Virus record (IMG/VR): IMGVR_UViG_3300018080_006410 | Strand: one strand, 5' to 3' | DNA: 64,000 nt | DNA from: an uncultured virus (IMG/VR IMGVR_UViG_3300018080_006410) | Lineage: Duplodnaviria; Heunggongvirae; Uroviricota; Caudoviricetes | In this document: positions 1 to 9,153 of the stretch, one piece after another | How the letters are laid out: each line of letters begins with the position of its first letter | Numbering within the stretch: position 1 is the stretch's first letter | Notes under the pieces: model-generated | The model's input: the letters and a program-made list of their open reading frames with translations, nothing else | Told to the model about the DNA's origin: nothing | Database searches by the model: none | Translations under genes and position numbers: made by a program

Positions 1-50
1 AGGTTGACGTAGAAGACCCCGTCGAACTGCTCGTTTAGCCTCGATGCCAT
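1..50 (-). CDS. 5' end of a gene running off the window; possible GT25-like glycosyltransferase
   Basis: ATG at 50 with GGAAGAGA upstream; translates MASRLNEQFDGVFYVNL, like the F-D-x-V-x-Y-[VI]-N-L start of GT25 proteins. Confidence 0.4.
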   Translation of the reverse strand, partial: MASRLNEQFDGVFYVN

Positions 51-61
51 TCTCTTCTCCT

Positions 62-1975
62 CTACACCAGGTCCACGACCTCGCAGGCACCCTTCTCGCC
101 CGTGCAGGCATAGGACTTCGGGCCAGCCGTGTGATCCTCCGTCTCGAACTCCCTCAGCCTCGACCAGTCGACGGCCCTCGGCATCTGCTTTGCCAGCCTT
201 TCATACTCGTCCTCAGAACACTCCCCGTATGGAGCCTGAACATAAGAATGCGTCGACCTTGGGAAGAAGGTTATACCTCCCACCTCGTCAAAATGCTTGT
301 AAACCCACGCCCCCACCTCCATCCAGTCACTCTCCTCCAACTCGACGGTGCAGCTCGGATTGTGATGGCACCAATGCTTCCTGTATACGCGCCATATCTC
401 CAAATGCCTGATAGCCGTCAAGTCCTTAGAAACCACCGTCTTACCTGAAAAATGGTGGGCAAACGAAAACACCCAATTGTTGTCCGGCTTGGTCACATCG
501 TCCTCGCAAGGCACTCCAAGCTCCACCATCATTCTTGCCAACGGATCATTCTTGGCAGCCCGAACGCGCCGAACATAATACTTGGCATATCTCGGATGAA
601 TACCCGAACTACACGAGCAGAGCTGTCCAACAGTACCGCTGGGCTTGACGCACGTGACCGCTGCTGCCCTGTTCACGCCCAACTTTTCCGCCCACTCCGC
701 ATTGACGCTCACCACACCCTCCCGAAGCCGCTCCAACATCTTACCAAGTTCCCGCTTGTTGGTGTACATCAGCGGATTGTCGAATATGCCAGTCAGACTA
801 ACCCCGAGAAGCGCCTCTTCCTCTGCGTTCCTCCTCCAAACGTCCCGCAAGTAACGAAAATCGACCAGGGTGGCCTGCATCGTTCCGAGAATCGTGGCAA
901 GACGCGCTTTCCGCCGCAACGAAGACTCATCGTCGTCCGGACGCACAACCACCTCCGACAAGTTGCACAACCCCCCTTCGAGATTCAGAAGAATCTCGCC
1001 GCAAGGATTCAACCCGTAATCAACATCTACCGAGCGCCCCAGCTCAGCGGCACGGACCAAAGCCGCCTCCCGATTGAAAATGCCTCGCTCGCCACTCTTG
1101 CTTTCAAAAAGAGCAAACCACTCCCGAAAAAACACATCCATGCTCGGCTTCTCCGTGTAAGCCGAACTTATATTCGCGAGAGCCCTCTGCGGCTCGGTTT
1201 TATACCAATCCCCACTCTTGGCATGCCTCATTCTGTCATCGCTCGGATTACTCAGGCTCAAAGTCGCGCTACGCCTAACCCCGCCAACCACCACGGCATC
1301 CGCGATCTTACAAACAAGATCGTGACATTCAATCGACGTCAACCTCCTACCACACGCCCCCTCAAAAAGGCGAACCACGAACCCGAACAGGTCGACAAGC
1401 GGCTGCGGACCCGACGCTCTCCCGCCAAACGTCTTGAGTCTAGAGCCAGCAGGTCGAATGTCGTCAACGTTCCACTTCGGCACCCTGCCCGAATACAACA
1501 TGCCGATCAGCTCCCTCAAGGCGTCACACCAACCGATCTTCGAATCCTCCACTTTGATCACAGTCGGCGAAGGATAAAACCTCTCCGCAACGACGGGAAG
1601 CCCACAAATAAACTGCCTTTCCACCGAGAACCCCACACCGACACCACACATCAAGAGGAATAATATCTCGTCAAAGACAACCGGATGGTCAATCTTTACC
1701 GCGCTGCAGTTGTATCCCGCCACCTCGTCCCTCTCCAAAGCAGGCCCCGCCGACATCATGCACCGCATGCTCGGCATCACCTCCAGGTTCAGAATGCCAT
1801 TCCTAAGCTCTCCTCTCGTGACATCGTCAATCTTACCCCGGCACTTGACGTCACACATGTGGTCCATGTACCGGTCGACCGTCTCCTCCCAGGTCTCGCG
1901 CCGGCCCTCGGACTCGACCCACCTGGCGTACCTTGAGAGATGGACAAACTGCTGATAGGTAGTGGGAAGCTCCAT
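62..1975 (-). CDS. nrdJ: Class II (adenosylcobalamin-dependent) ribonucleotide reductase
   Basis: ETWEETVDR, VVVGGVRRSA, NPCGEI catalytic motif, TCVKPSGT and C-terminal Cys pair; probable start MELPTTYQQF after GGAGG. Confidence 0.93.
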   Translation of the reverse strand: MELPTTYQQFVHLSRYARWVESEGRRETWEETVDRYMDHMCDVKCRGKIDDVTRGELRNGILNLEVMPSMRCMMSAGPALERDEVAGYNCSAVKIDHPVVFDEILFLLMCGVGVGFSVERQFICGLPVVAERFYPSPTVIKVEDSKIGWCDALRELIGMLYSGRVPKWNVDDIRPAGSRLKTFGGRASGPQPLVDLFGFVVRLFEGACGRRLTSIECHDLVCKIADAVVVGGVRRSATLSLSNPSDDRMRHAKSGDWYKTEPQRALANISSAYTEKPSMDVFFREWFALFESKSGERGIFNREAALVRAAELGRSVDVDYGLNPCGEILLNLEGGLCNLSEVVVRPDDDESSLRRKARLATILGTMQATLVDFRYLRDVWRRNAEEEALLGVSLTGIFDNPLMYTNKRELGKMLERLREGVVSVNAEWAEKLGVNRAAAVTCVKPSGTVGQLCSCSSGIHPRYAKYYVRRVRAAKNDPLARMMVELGVPCEDDVTKPDNNWVFSFAHHFSGKTVVSKDLTAIRHLEIWRVYRKHWCHHNPSCTVELEESDWMEVGAWVYKHFDEVGGITFFPRSTHSYVQAPYGECSEDEYERLAKQMPRAVDWSRLREFETEDHTAGPKSYACTGEKGACEVVDLV

Positions 1976-2427
1976 CACGCGAAATCCTCCACGCATAGGA
2001 CATGGGGCACCTGGGCGCCCCGGTACTCCGAGACGACCCCGGCCGCGAACGCGTCAACCCCCTCCTTCGGCATCCCGAACTCCCTGGCCACCCACGACCT
2101 GACCACCAGCCTCGACGACGCGACCGCGTCCCCCTCCAGCACGTCCGCCCCGTCCCCGCCGACCGACAGGACCCCGACCAGGGCGAAGTCGGCCCCGGAG
2201 TCCTCGATCACGCAGGAAGCCACCCGGTACAGGTGAGGGAGAGCCACCATCCCCGGTCTCAGGAAGTGGACCAGCTCGGCGTCTTCGGGAGGAGCCCATC
2301 CGGGCCCGACGGCGTCAGGCTCCAAGACATGACCATTCTGGTCGAGAGCCAGCTCGGAGGACCACCTCGTCACCCGGCGCGCCCTCTCGGAGCCGCCAGG
2401 CAGCATCACGGCCGCCACTGGAAGCAT
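1975..2427 (-). CDS. Hypothetical protein, possibly a degenerate GT-A-like fold
   Basis: 150-aa ORF with AGGAG RBS; stop overlaps the nrdJ start. Confidence 0.55.
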   Translation of the reverse strand: MLPVAAVMLPGGSERARRVTRWSSELALDQNGHVLEPDAVGPGWAPPEDAELVHFLRPGMVALPHLYRVASCVIEDSGADFALVGVLSVGGDGADVLEGDAVASSRLVVRSWVAREFGMPKEGVDAFAAGVVSEYRGAQVPHVLCVEDFA

Positions 2428-2447
2428 GCTCGTCTCCTGTCATATTA

Positions 2448-2915
2448 TCATCCCGAGACGCGCACGGCCCGTCCTTCGGCCTTCTTGCGCCTGGCCCTCT
2501 CGGCCACCTCTCTCACCCTGCCCGGGATGCGTTGCGGCGCCGTCCTGTGGCGCTCCTTCCTCCTGGCCGCCAACTTCGCCGCGTTCCTCTCGGACTCCTG
2601 GGCCATCCGCTCCTTCACGAACGAGCCAGCGTCCCTCACGTCATTATACACCTCGTCCAGCGTCCTTCCGGGAGACGCGTGAACGTTATGGACCCCGTGA
2701 TCCTCCCTCAGGACCTCCCTCATGTGGTCCCGGACCGTGCCCCTGTCCTTCAGCCGCCCTCCCAGGAGCGTGCGTCCACGCCCTATGTTCGGGCACGACG
2801 GCATCCTGGCCATGAGGGCGCCGCAGGCGCACCCGACCGCGGGCGACTCGGTCATGCCGTGAACCACCTCGACGACGTCGCCGCACCCGCGGCACCTGTA
2901 GTCGTAGGCCGGCAT
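2448..2915 (-). CDS. FmdB-family zinc-ribbon protein
   Basis: MPAYDYRCRGCG...CACG N-terminus; ATG at 2915 overlaps the upstream TGA. Confidence 0.8.
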   Translation of the reverse strand: MPAYDYRCRGCGDVVEVVHGMTESPAVGCACGALMARMPSCPNIGRGRTLLGGRLKDRGTVRDHMREVLREDHGVHNVHASPGRTLDEVYNDVRDAGSFVKERMAQESERNAAKLAARRKERHRTAPQRIPGRVREVAERARRKKAEGRAVRVSG

Positions 2916-3886
2916 CAGCGCAGGCCCTCGCGGGGGTCCAGCCCGAGCATCCAGGCGCAGAACATGCGCCCGAAGGCCTCGAAGGCCACGACGCCCTCGC
3001 TCCCGGCCGCGATCCTCAGGCTCTCCCTCTCCTCGGAGCCGATGCGCCTGGCCATGCCCATCTGGAAGAACTCGTGGATGAGGCTCCTGATCTCCTTGGC
3101 CCACTCGCCCACGACGCTCTTCTTGACCCCCATCTCCTCCATCACGCGGGGCACGATGTCCCTCGACACGTTGATCTTGTCGGCCCCCTTCTTCTCGGCC
3201 AGCTCCTCCCAGATGTCGAAGGTTCGCCTGGCACCCTTGTTGCCCATCAGCCTGCCCTTCACGAACCGCTCCAGGTCCCACTTGATCTTCTTCAGCCTGG
3301 CGGCGCTCAGGTCGTCCATGTCGCTCTCCAACGTGTCGAGGATATCCACCTCGTCTCCGGACGGAAGCCTTCCCCCCTCCTCTCTCGGGAACTTCTCATT
3401 CTTCCTGGCCCTCTCCCTCATGATCGTCAGGGCCCTGAGCTTGACGGTCCTCCCCCACATCTTCCTCAGCGCTATCGGCCCCTGAGTCAACCCCTCCTTC
3501 ACCTGGACGTCACCCTTCCCGATATTGGCAAATTTGTCGAACATGGCAGTCAGCCTCGGTGCCGAATAGAAGTCCACCGCGATCTGCTGGGCCACGTCCT
3601 CAGCCACGTCGGCCGACCTGCTCCACATCCCCTCCACCACAGAGCTTACCACCATCGCGGCCAGGTTGTTCCACTCCTTCTCTCCGGAACTGCTCGAAGA
3701 CCTCTCCCAAAGCCTGAGGGCCTTCTCCATGTCCTCCTGGTCGGCCGGGTTGTCCTCCTCGGCGATCAGCCTCTCCAGCTCCGGTATGTAGAGCCTCTTG
3801 ATGAAATCGACAGCCACCTGCCCGAGAGCGACCCGATTCGTCTGAAGGGCGATCACCCTCCTCAGCGACGAGAAAAACCTGCGCAT
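2915..3886 (-). CDS. Divergent sigma-70/ECF-like factor
   Basis: ADVAEDVAQQ resembles region 2 (DAEDLxQE); VMEEMGVKKSVVGEW resembles the region 4 HTH; AGGAGG RBS. Confidence 0.5.
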   Translation of the reverse strand: MRRFFSSLRRVIALQTNRVALGQVAVDFIKRLYIPELERLIAEEDNPADQEDMEKALRLWERSSSSSGEKEWNNLAAMVVSSVVEGMWSRSADVAEDVAQQIAVDFYSAPRLTAMFDKFANIGKGDVQVKEGLTQGPIALRKMWGRTVKLRALTIMRERARKNEKFPREEGGRLPSGDEVDILDTLESDMDDLSAARLKKIKWDLERFVKGRLMGNKGARRTFDIWEELAEKKGADKINVSRDIVPRVMEEMGVKKSVVGEWAKEIRSLIHEFFQMGMARRIGSEERESLRIAAGSEGVVAFEAFGRMFCAWMLGLDPREGLR

Positions 3887-3941
3887 GACAACCTCCTGTT
3901 GACAAAATCCTACTTGCGGAAACCTTCACCAAAGGCGCCAT

Positions 3942-3954
3942 TATCAAATTATTC
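3942..3954 (-). promoter_or_regulatory. Candidate phage promoter GAATNNTTTKATA, copy 1
   Basis: GAATAATTTGATA upstream of the 3886 start; similar copies at 11242-11254 and 24535-24547. Confidence 0.45.
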
Positions 3955-4392
3955 GGAAGAACGGACGGCGCACGCGAAGACATGCCCCCCGGGCTCGGCG
4001 AACCTCATGACCTCCCCTACCCCGTCCGCTCCCACCTCGTCGAACATGACGAAGCCGGGCCTCAGCCCCCTCATCCTCGTCCCCGCCCACATCGCCGACA
4101 TGAACCTACAGCTGGCGGCTCCTCTCCACGCCGCCTGCATCGTCCTCGCCGAGTCGTCGTTGCGGCAGAGGACGTAGACCGGGAAGCCCTCCGCCGACAA
4201 CCTCGACGCCATGGCCAGGAGCCTGGTCGTCTTCCCGGACCTCCGACCACCCTCGATCGTGTCCCCAAGCCTCTCGACCTCGACGGCGTGGCATATCGCG
4301 TACGGGCAGTCCTCCGGGATCGCCCTGGCATCCCAGGGGCACGCCCGGCATCCCCTCCGGAAGCAGACCAGCATGTTACGATCGCACGCCAT
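3949..4392 (-). CDS. Small P-loop NTPase-like protein with Cys-rich N-terminus
   Basis: GGRRSGKTT Walker A and VMFDE Walker B-like motif. Confidence 0.6.
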   Translation of the reverse strand: MACDRNMLVCFRRGCRACPWDARAIPEDCPYAICHAVEVERLGDTIEGGRRSGKTTRLLAMASRLSAEGFPVYVLCRNDDSARTMQAAWRGAASCRFMSAMWAGTRMRGLRPGFVMFDEVGADGVGEVMRFAEPGGHVFACAVRSSE

Positions 4393-4500
4393 CGAACTCC
4401 TCGTCCACGGACACCACCGACCCGTCGTCGCCGATTGGACTTTCGAGCTTCATCCCGCTACCGACCCGGACCTCTCCAATCTCCTCGTAGCACACGAAGC

Positions 4501-5832
4501 CTAGCAGCAGAGAACTTCGGTCCACGCCTTGGCCGTCTTCCTGACGTCCATGGTCGCCGCCACCTTCCTCCTGGCCGCCCTCACCATGTCGATCCGCTTG
4601 TTGGTCCTGTCCAGACATCTCGTCAGCGCCTCGTGCCATTCGTCCTCCCCGTCCACCAGGAAGCCGTCCTTCCCGTCGTCGATCACGCCGTCATAGGGCG
4701 CGCAGTCGGACGCCACCGTGGGAATGCCCATGAGCGTGAACTCCAGGAACTTGATCGAGCTCTTGGCCATGCTGAACGGGGTGCTCCGGAGCGGGGCGAT
4801 CCCGACCTCGGCACGGACGTGGTGAATCAGCTGGTAGTATGTCTCCGGGGCGCTGAAGCCGAGATACTCGATCCTCCCCTTGAAATGGGGAGCCCCAGCC
4901 TCCGCGGCAACCTGCGGGGGCAGGAAGCCCAGGATCACCAGGCGCACGTCCTCCCTCTCCGTCATGATCCTCCTGATCGGCCCGAGACAGAGGTCCCAGT
5001 CGGCCGCGTGGGTCGCGCTCCCCTGCCAGAAGATGCGCTTTGCCCCGTCCGGGCTCCCGAGCCCCGGCTCCTGCCACCCGTCAGCGACGTCCAGGGCGTT
5101 CGGGATCACGACGATGTCCGTCTCCCCGAGCTCGCCCTCCAGCCGGCTCGCCAGAACCTCGGTCGTGGTCGTGACCACGTCGGCCAGCCTCATGCAGGCC
5201 ATGGCCGCCATCTGCTCGTCCCTGGTGATGAGCTTGTGGGCCGGGTTGTCCTTCGGGATGTTGAACAGGTCGTCGTCGATGTCGTAGACGAGCCTCTTGC
5301 CTGCCCTCCTCGCCTTCTCCAGGACGTAGTAGGACTCCCAGTCGTGGACCCTCTGCACGAAGATCGTGTCGTACTCCAGCAGGTTCTCGAAGGGCACCTG
5401 CCCGCTCGTCACGTCGCAGGCCCACCCGTCCATCTCGAAATGCTTGGCCGGGACCACCATCCGCCACCAGCCGCTCCCGGACGTGTCCTTCAGCATCAGA
5501 AGCCGCTTGTCCCCGCCGTCCCGAGCCATCCACTTGGAGGCTATCTCATGAGCCTTGAGGGCGTTGGTGGGACAACAGAGGTCCCCATGCAGACCAAGAG
5601 ACCCAACCCACTCCACTTGCAGTCGACGGGCCAGACCGGACGCCTCGTCATAGTCTTCCTGGTGCAAGACCTGCCTCTGGGCGCCCATCTCGACGCAGAC
5701 CGCCCCGTCGTCGCCTCCGTATCTGTAATGGACGTTGGCCCCGAGCAGGAGCCTCACCGCCGCGTACGGCAAGTCACGCCTTTTCGCCTCCGGGGGCAGC
5801 GGCGCCACCCTCTCCGTCACTCTCGTCTCCAT
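4501..5832 (-). CDS. GT-B (GT4-like) glycosyltransferase
   Basis: SGSGWWR, VYDIDDDL, IAPL...KSSIKFLE, GIPTVASD motifs. Confidence 0.85.
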   Translation of the reverse strand: METRVTERVAPLPPEAKRRDLPYAAVRLLLGANVHYRYGGDDGAVCVEMGAQRQVLHQEDYDEASGLARRLQVEWVGSLGLHGDLCCPTNALKAHEIASKWMARDGGDKRLLMLKDTSGSGWWRMVVPAKHFEMDGWACDVTSGQVPFENLLEYDTIFVQRVHDWESYYVLEKARRAGKRLVYDIDDDLFNIPKDNPAHKLITRDEQMAAMACMRLADVVTTTTEVLASRLEGELGETDIVVIPNALDVADGWQEPGLGSPDGAKRIFWQGSATHAADWDLCLGPIRRIMTEREDVRLVILGFLPPQVAAEAGAPHFKGRIEYLGFSAPETYYQLIHHVRAEVGIAPLRSTPFSMAKSSIKFLEFTLMGIPTVASDCAPYDGVIDDGKDGFLVDGEDEWHEALTRCLDRTNKRIDMVRAARRKVAATMDVRKTAKAWTEVLCC

Positions 5833-5980
5833 TCGCCATCCCCTTTACCTTGTCGGCCAGCATCCTCTCGGCCGTCTCCATGTCGCGCGCCACGACCACG
5901 ACGCCGCACTCCGGGCAGCGGAGGACCACCGCCCTCTCCGCCCTCACCTCGAACTCGCATCCGCACGGGCATCTGCACAT
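5774..5980 (-). CDS. Small zinc-ribbon protein
   Basis: MCRCPCGC...CPECG; ATG overlaps the upstream TGA. Confidence 0.45.
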   Translation of the reverse strand: MCRCPCGCEFEVRAERAVVLRCPECGVVVVARDMETAERMLADKVKGMANGDESDGEGGAAAPGGEKA

Positions 5981-6780
5981 CAGACCCTGGCCTCCTCGCC
6001 GTGCTTCTCCCGGAAGCGCTCCAGGTGCCTCCTGCTCATGTCGTCTATCTCGCTGTCCGAGTAGAGGGACGCGAACGTCGACCGATGGTCGTGATGGACG
6101 TAGCAGCCCATGACCAGCGCGCACCGCATGGCGTTGGCCGCCATTCTAATGCAAAAATCATCGTCGTCCCCCAGGCCTTCCTCGAAGCCGTCGTCCAGGA
6201 GCCCGACGTCCCGAAAGACGTCCTTTCGGAAGAGCGTGCAGAAGAAGGCCAGCATCCGGCACGGCCTCCAGAGGTCGCCGTAGCAGTAGGCCAGCCTGGC
6301 CGCCCTCTCGTCGACGCCCAGCCCGTGGAACCCCTGCGGGACCTGGAACGCCAGCACCACCTTGCCCGCGTTCAGGAACGACTGCCACGACTGGCATTCG
6401 CTCGTGACCGGCCCGACGGCGTGAACTGTCCGTTCCCTGTCCAGGACGCCCCTCAGCCTCTCCAGCCACCCCTTCGTCACGACCACGTCGTTGTTCAGCA
6501 GCGCCACGTAGGGCGACCCGGAGTCCAGCGGCCCGAGGGCGAGCCTCAGCCCGAGGTTGGCCGCCCCGACGAAGCCGAGCCTGTCGGCCGCCCAGAAGGA
6601 GGCATGGTCGGCGTGCGCCCTCAGCTCGTCGATGACCGCGGCCCTCGACGCCGGCGAGGACCCGTTGTCCACCCACAGGACCCTGTACGACGACGTGAAC
6701 GCCCTGAGCGACCTCAGGCACCTGACGGTCTTCTCGGTCTGGCCATGCGTCGGAACGATGATGTCTGCCCACGGCGTCAC
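5980..6780 (-). CDS. GT2 glycosyltransferase
   Basis: IIVPT, VDNGS, LLNND, DDDDFC; probable GTG start at 6780 coupled to the upstream stop. Confidence 0.88.
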   Translation of the reverse strand: MTPWADIIVPTHGQTEKTVRCLRSLRAFTSSYRVLWVDNGSSPASRAAVIDELRAHADHASFWAADRLGFVGAANLGLRLALGPLDSGSPYVALLNNDVVVTKGWLERLRGVLDRERTVHAVGPVTSECQSWQSFLNAGKVVLAFQVPQGFHGLGVDERAARLAYCYGDLWRPCRMLAFFCTLFRKDVFRDVGLLDDGFEEGLGDDDDFCIRMAANAMRCALVMGCYVHHDHRSTFASLYSDSEIDDMSRRHLERFREKHGEEARV

Positions 6781-7961
6781 GGCCGCCCCCTTCCCGTCCC
6801 CAGGCCGTGCTTCCTTCTCACGATGTCCCTTGACTCGACCATCGGGATGTTCGCGTCGTCGCTGATGCCTCCTTCCCGCTTCGGCGTCTCGAACAGCATC
6901 TTCCCGCAGCAGACCCCCCGCCTGCCGGCGCCCAGCAGCGTCAGCCACAGGTCCCAGTCCTGATGCCTCCTCAGGCTCTCGTCGAAACCGGGGAAGTCGG
7001 ACCTCCTGACCAGCGACATGGTCGACACGTAGTTCCTGGCCCGCAGCATCTCCGGGTCGAACGGCCTCGGCGCGATCTCGTCATCGCCCCACCGGAAGCC
7101 GCCATAGGAGTACGCGGCCTCGCGGTCGTCCACCAGGGCCGCCACGAGCCACTCCAGGGCCTGCGGGTAGAGGGAGCAGTCGGAGTCCAGGAAGAAGATG
7201 TACTCCCCCGACCCCTCGGCCGCCCCCGCGTTCCTGGCCGCCGGCGCGCCACGGTTCTCCGGCAGCGCCATGAACCGGACGCCCGGCACGAGCACCTCGA
7301 AGATGGAGGTCATGGACTCCGCCGCGTTGCGCTCGCCCTCGACCGACCCGTCGTCGACGACGATCGCCTCGAAGCCCTTGTAGGTCTGCCCCACGAGCGA
7401 CTTCAGGGCCTCCCCGAGGAGCTGGGCGCAGTTGTAGTGCGGAATGACCACCGTCACGAGCCCGGGCAGGTAGCCCTCCGGAGGGCCGACCAGCGGAGGC
7501 GGCTTCCGCACCTCGGCCATAGAGCCGTCCGGCTCCTTGTCGGCGTACAGGAAGGAGGCCGCCAGCTCGCCCTGGACGAGCTTGGAGCCGATGAAGAAGT
7601 GGCCGTCCTTCAACCTCCGCCCCCACTTGGCCGTGACCGACGTCCCCGACCGGCAGTTCTCCGTGCGAAGCCTGATCTCGTACGGCTTGCCGGCCTCGAC
7701 GGGCTTGTCGACCCGGAACTCGTGGTAGGAGTTGTCCCTGAAAGTGGAGACGTCGGCCGTCGACGCCGCCAGGCGCTCGCCCTTCGAGTCGAGCACCTCC
7801 AGGGTCATGAGGCCGTAGTTGGAACTTCGCTTGTAGGTGGCGAAGCACACGCCGACCAAGGCCAGATGGTCGCCCTCCGCCTGGAAGGACTGCCTGACGC
7901 AGCTGCCATCGACGATCGGGCCCGTGAGATTTCCCCTGTCGTGGCCGAGACGAACTATCAT
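6777..7961 (-). CDS. GT2 glycosyltransferase with an N-terminal beta-rich domain
   Basis: VTVVIPHYN, VVDDGS, FLDSD, QDWDLW. Confidence 0.88.
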   Translation of the reverse strand: MIVRLGHDRGNLTGPIVDGSCVRQSFQAEGDHLALVGVCFATYKRSSNYGLMTLEVLDSKGERLAASTADVSTFRDNSYHEFRVDKPVEAGKPYEIRLRTENCRSGTSVTAKWGRRLKDGHFFIGSKLVQGELAASFLYADKEPDGSMAEVRKPPPLVGPPEGYLPGLVTVVIPHYNCAQLLGEALKSLVGQTYKGFEAIVVDDGSVEGERNAAESMTSIFEVLVPGVRFMALPENRGAPAARNAGAAEGSGEYIFFLDSDCSLYPQALEWLVAALVDDREAAYSYGGFRWGDDEIAPRPFDPEMLRARNYVSTMSLVRRSDFPGFDESLRRHQDWDLWLTLLGAGRRGVCCGKMLFETPKREGGISDDANIPMVESRDIVRRKHGLGTGRGRP

Positions 7962-7974
7962 GTCACCGCCCCCC

Positions 7975-8265
7975 TTACGAGACGGCCATGCCGTTGCGCC
8001 TCAGATGCCCCACGATCTGGGCGACCTTCTCCCAGACCTTCCCGTCATGGGTGACGAGCAGCGGGGTGAACTTGTCAGGAAGGTCGAACACGTTCAGGAG
8101 CACGCGCGCCGCGTTGTCGGACATGGCGGCGAAAACGAGAAGCTGCTGCCCCTCCTTCCCGCGGAACTCGTCCTCCTCGACAGCGGCCATGTCCAGCGCC
8201 GCACGCACAGGAGCGCACTCGGGGCACCCCTTCGACAGGAACAGCTTGTCAATCTTCTTTTCCAT
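7975..8265 (-). CDS. Thioredoxin/glutaredoxin-like protein
   Basis: CPEC motif and TP motif; could serve the ribonucleotide reductase. Confidence 0.65.
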   Translation of the reverse strand: MEKKIDKLFLSKGCPECAPVRAALDMAAVEEDEFRGKEGQQLLVFAAMSDNAARVLLNVFDLPDKFTPLLVTHDGKVWEKVAQIVGHLRRNGMAVS

Positions 8266-8278
8266 CTTCGCCTCCTTC

Positions 8279-8524
8279 TCATATGTCCGCCTTGCGGCGC
8301 AGGTAGGACCTGCACACGTCCTGACGGCAAGTCACCCGGGCCGGCACCCTGTCACCGCGCATCGAGCATCGGACATAGTGCTTCTCGGTCACGCGCCTGC
8401 CCCCGCAGCAGCTCTTCCTGACCGTCTCCAGCCCCATGTACCAGGCGCATCCGGACTCCCCCTTCCATCCCGCAGAATAGGTCGGCCTCTCTAGCACGCT
8501 CAGCAGCTCCCCGAATCTTTGCAC
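8279..8524 (-). CDS. Small Cys-rich hypothetical protein
   Basis: 81-aa ORF packed between neighbours, six Cys. Confidence 0.45.
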   Translation of the reverse strand: MQRFGELLSVLERPTYSAGWKGESGCAWYMGLETVRKSCCGGRRVTEKHYVRCSMRGDRVPARVTCRQDVCRSYLRRKADI

Positions 8525-9153
8525 ACCACGCGCTCCAGCATCGACATGAGGTCGCGGTCGTCCAGGAACGTCATCGGCAAGAGGCCGCGCTTCTGCTCCC
8601 TCAGCTCTCCCAGCACCGCCCGCAGGAACGGGAACTCCCGGAGAGCCGACGGATTCTCAACCGCCGCCGTCATCCTGTCGACGAACTCGTTGGCGTCGTG
8701 CCGGAACTTTCCGACCGCCTTCGAGAAGTCCTGGACATAGCCCTTCATCCTCAACGCCTTCGCCTCTTCCTGAAAGCTCGCGCCGGAAAGCTCCCTTGCC
8801 ACGACAAGGAGCTCCCGGGCGACCATCTGCCTGTTCCACCTCATTATACACGCTTCCTTTCCCATGTCCACGCCACCCTGATCCTTCAGAGACTCCACCA
8901 CCGCCGTCTCGATGCCGTCTATCTCGTCGTCGAACGCGCCCATGGCCGGCGGCTCCACCTCCCGGTAGCGCCCCGACCTGTCGGAGCCCGACTTGCCCAT
9001 CTCCCTGTTCACCACCGAATACGCCATCGCGTGGCACTTCCCCTCGTCGCCGCCACGACCCATACATGAATTGAAGACATGGACCCATTGCCTCTGCAAC
9101 TTCTTCGGATAGTCGCTCAGCTTCCTCGGCGGACGATTCGGATTGTACGGCAT
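8500..9153 (-). CDS. ChaB-domain protein carrying an internal ARELxxxAREL peptide
   Basis: PKKLQRQWVHVFNS...DEGKCHAMAYSVV is ChaB-like; later MVARELLVVARELSGA. Confidence 0.65.
   Translation of the reverse strand: MPYNPNRPPRKLSDYPKKLQRQWVHVFNSCMGRGGDEGKCHAMAYSVVNREMGKSGSDRSGRYREVEPPAMGAFDDEIDGIETAVVESLKDQGGVDMGKEACIMRWNRQMVARELLVVARELSGASFQEEAKALRMKGYVQDFSKAVGKFRHDANEFVDRMTAAVENPSALREFPFLRAVLGELREQKRGLLPMTFLDDRDLMSMLERVVCKDSGSC

Noticed and set aside
3982..6963. 993-aa plus-strand ORF and other long plus-strand ORFs (e.g. 19323-21302, 25962-28262, 37915-39795)
   Set aside because: Antisense shadows of well-supported minus-strand genes in high-GC DNA; Pro/Arg/His-rich with no recognisable motifs.
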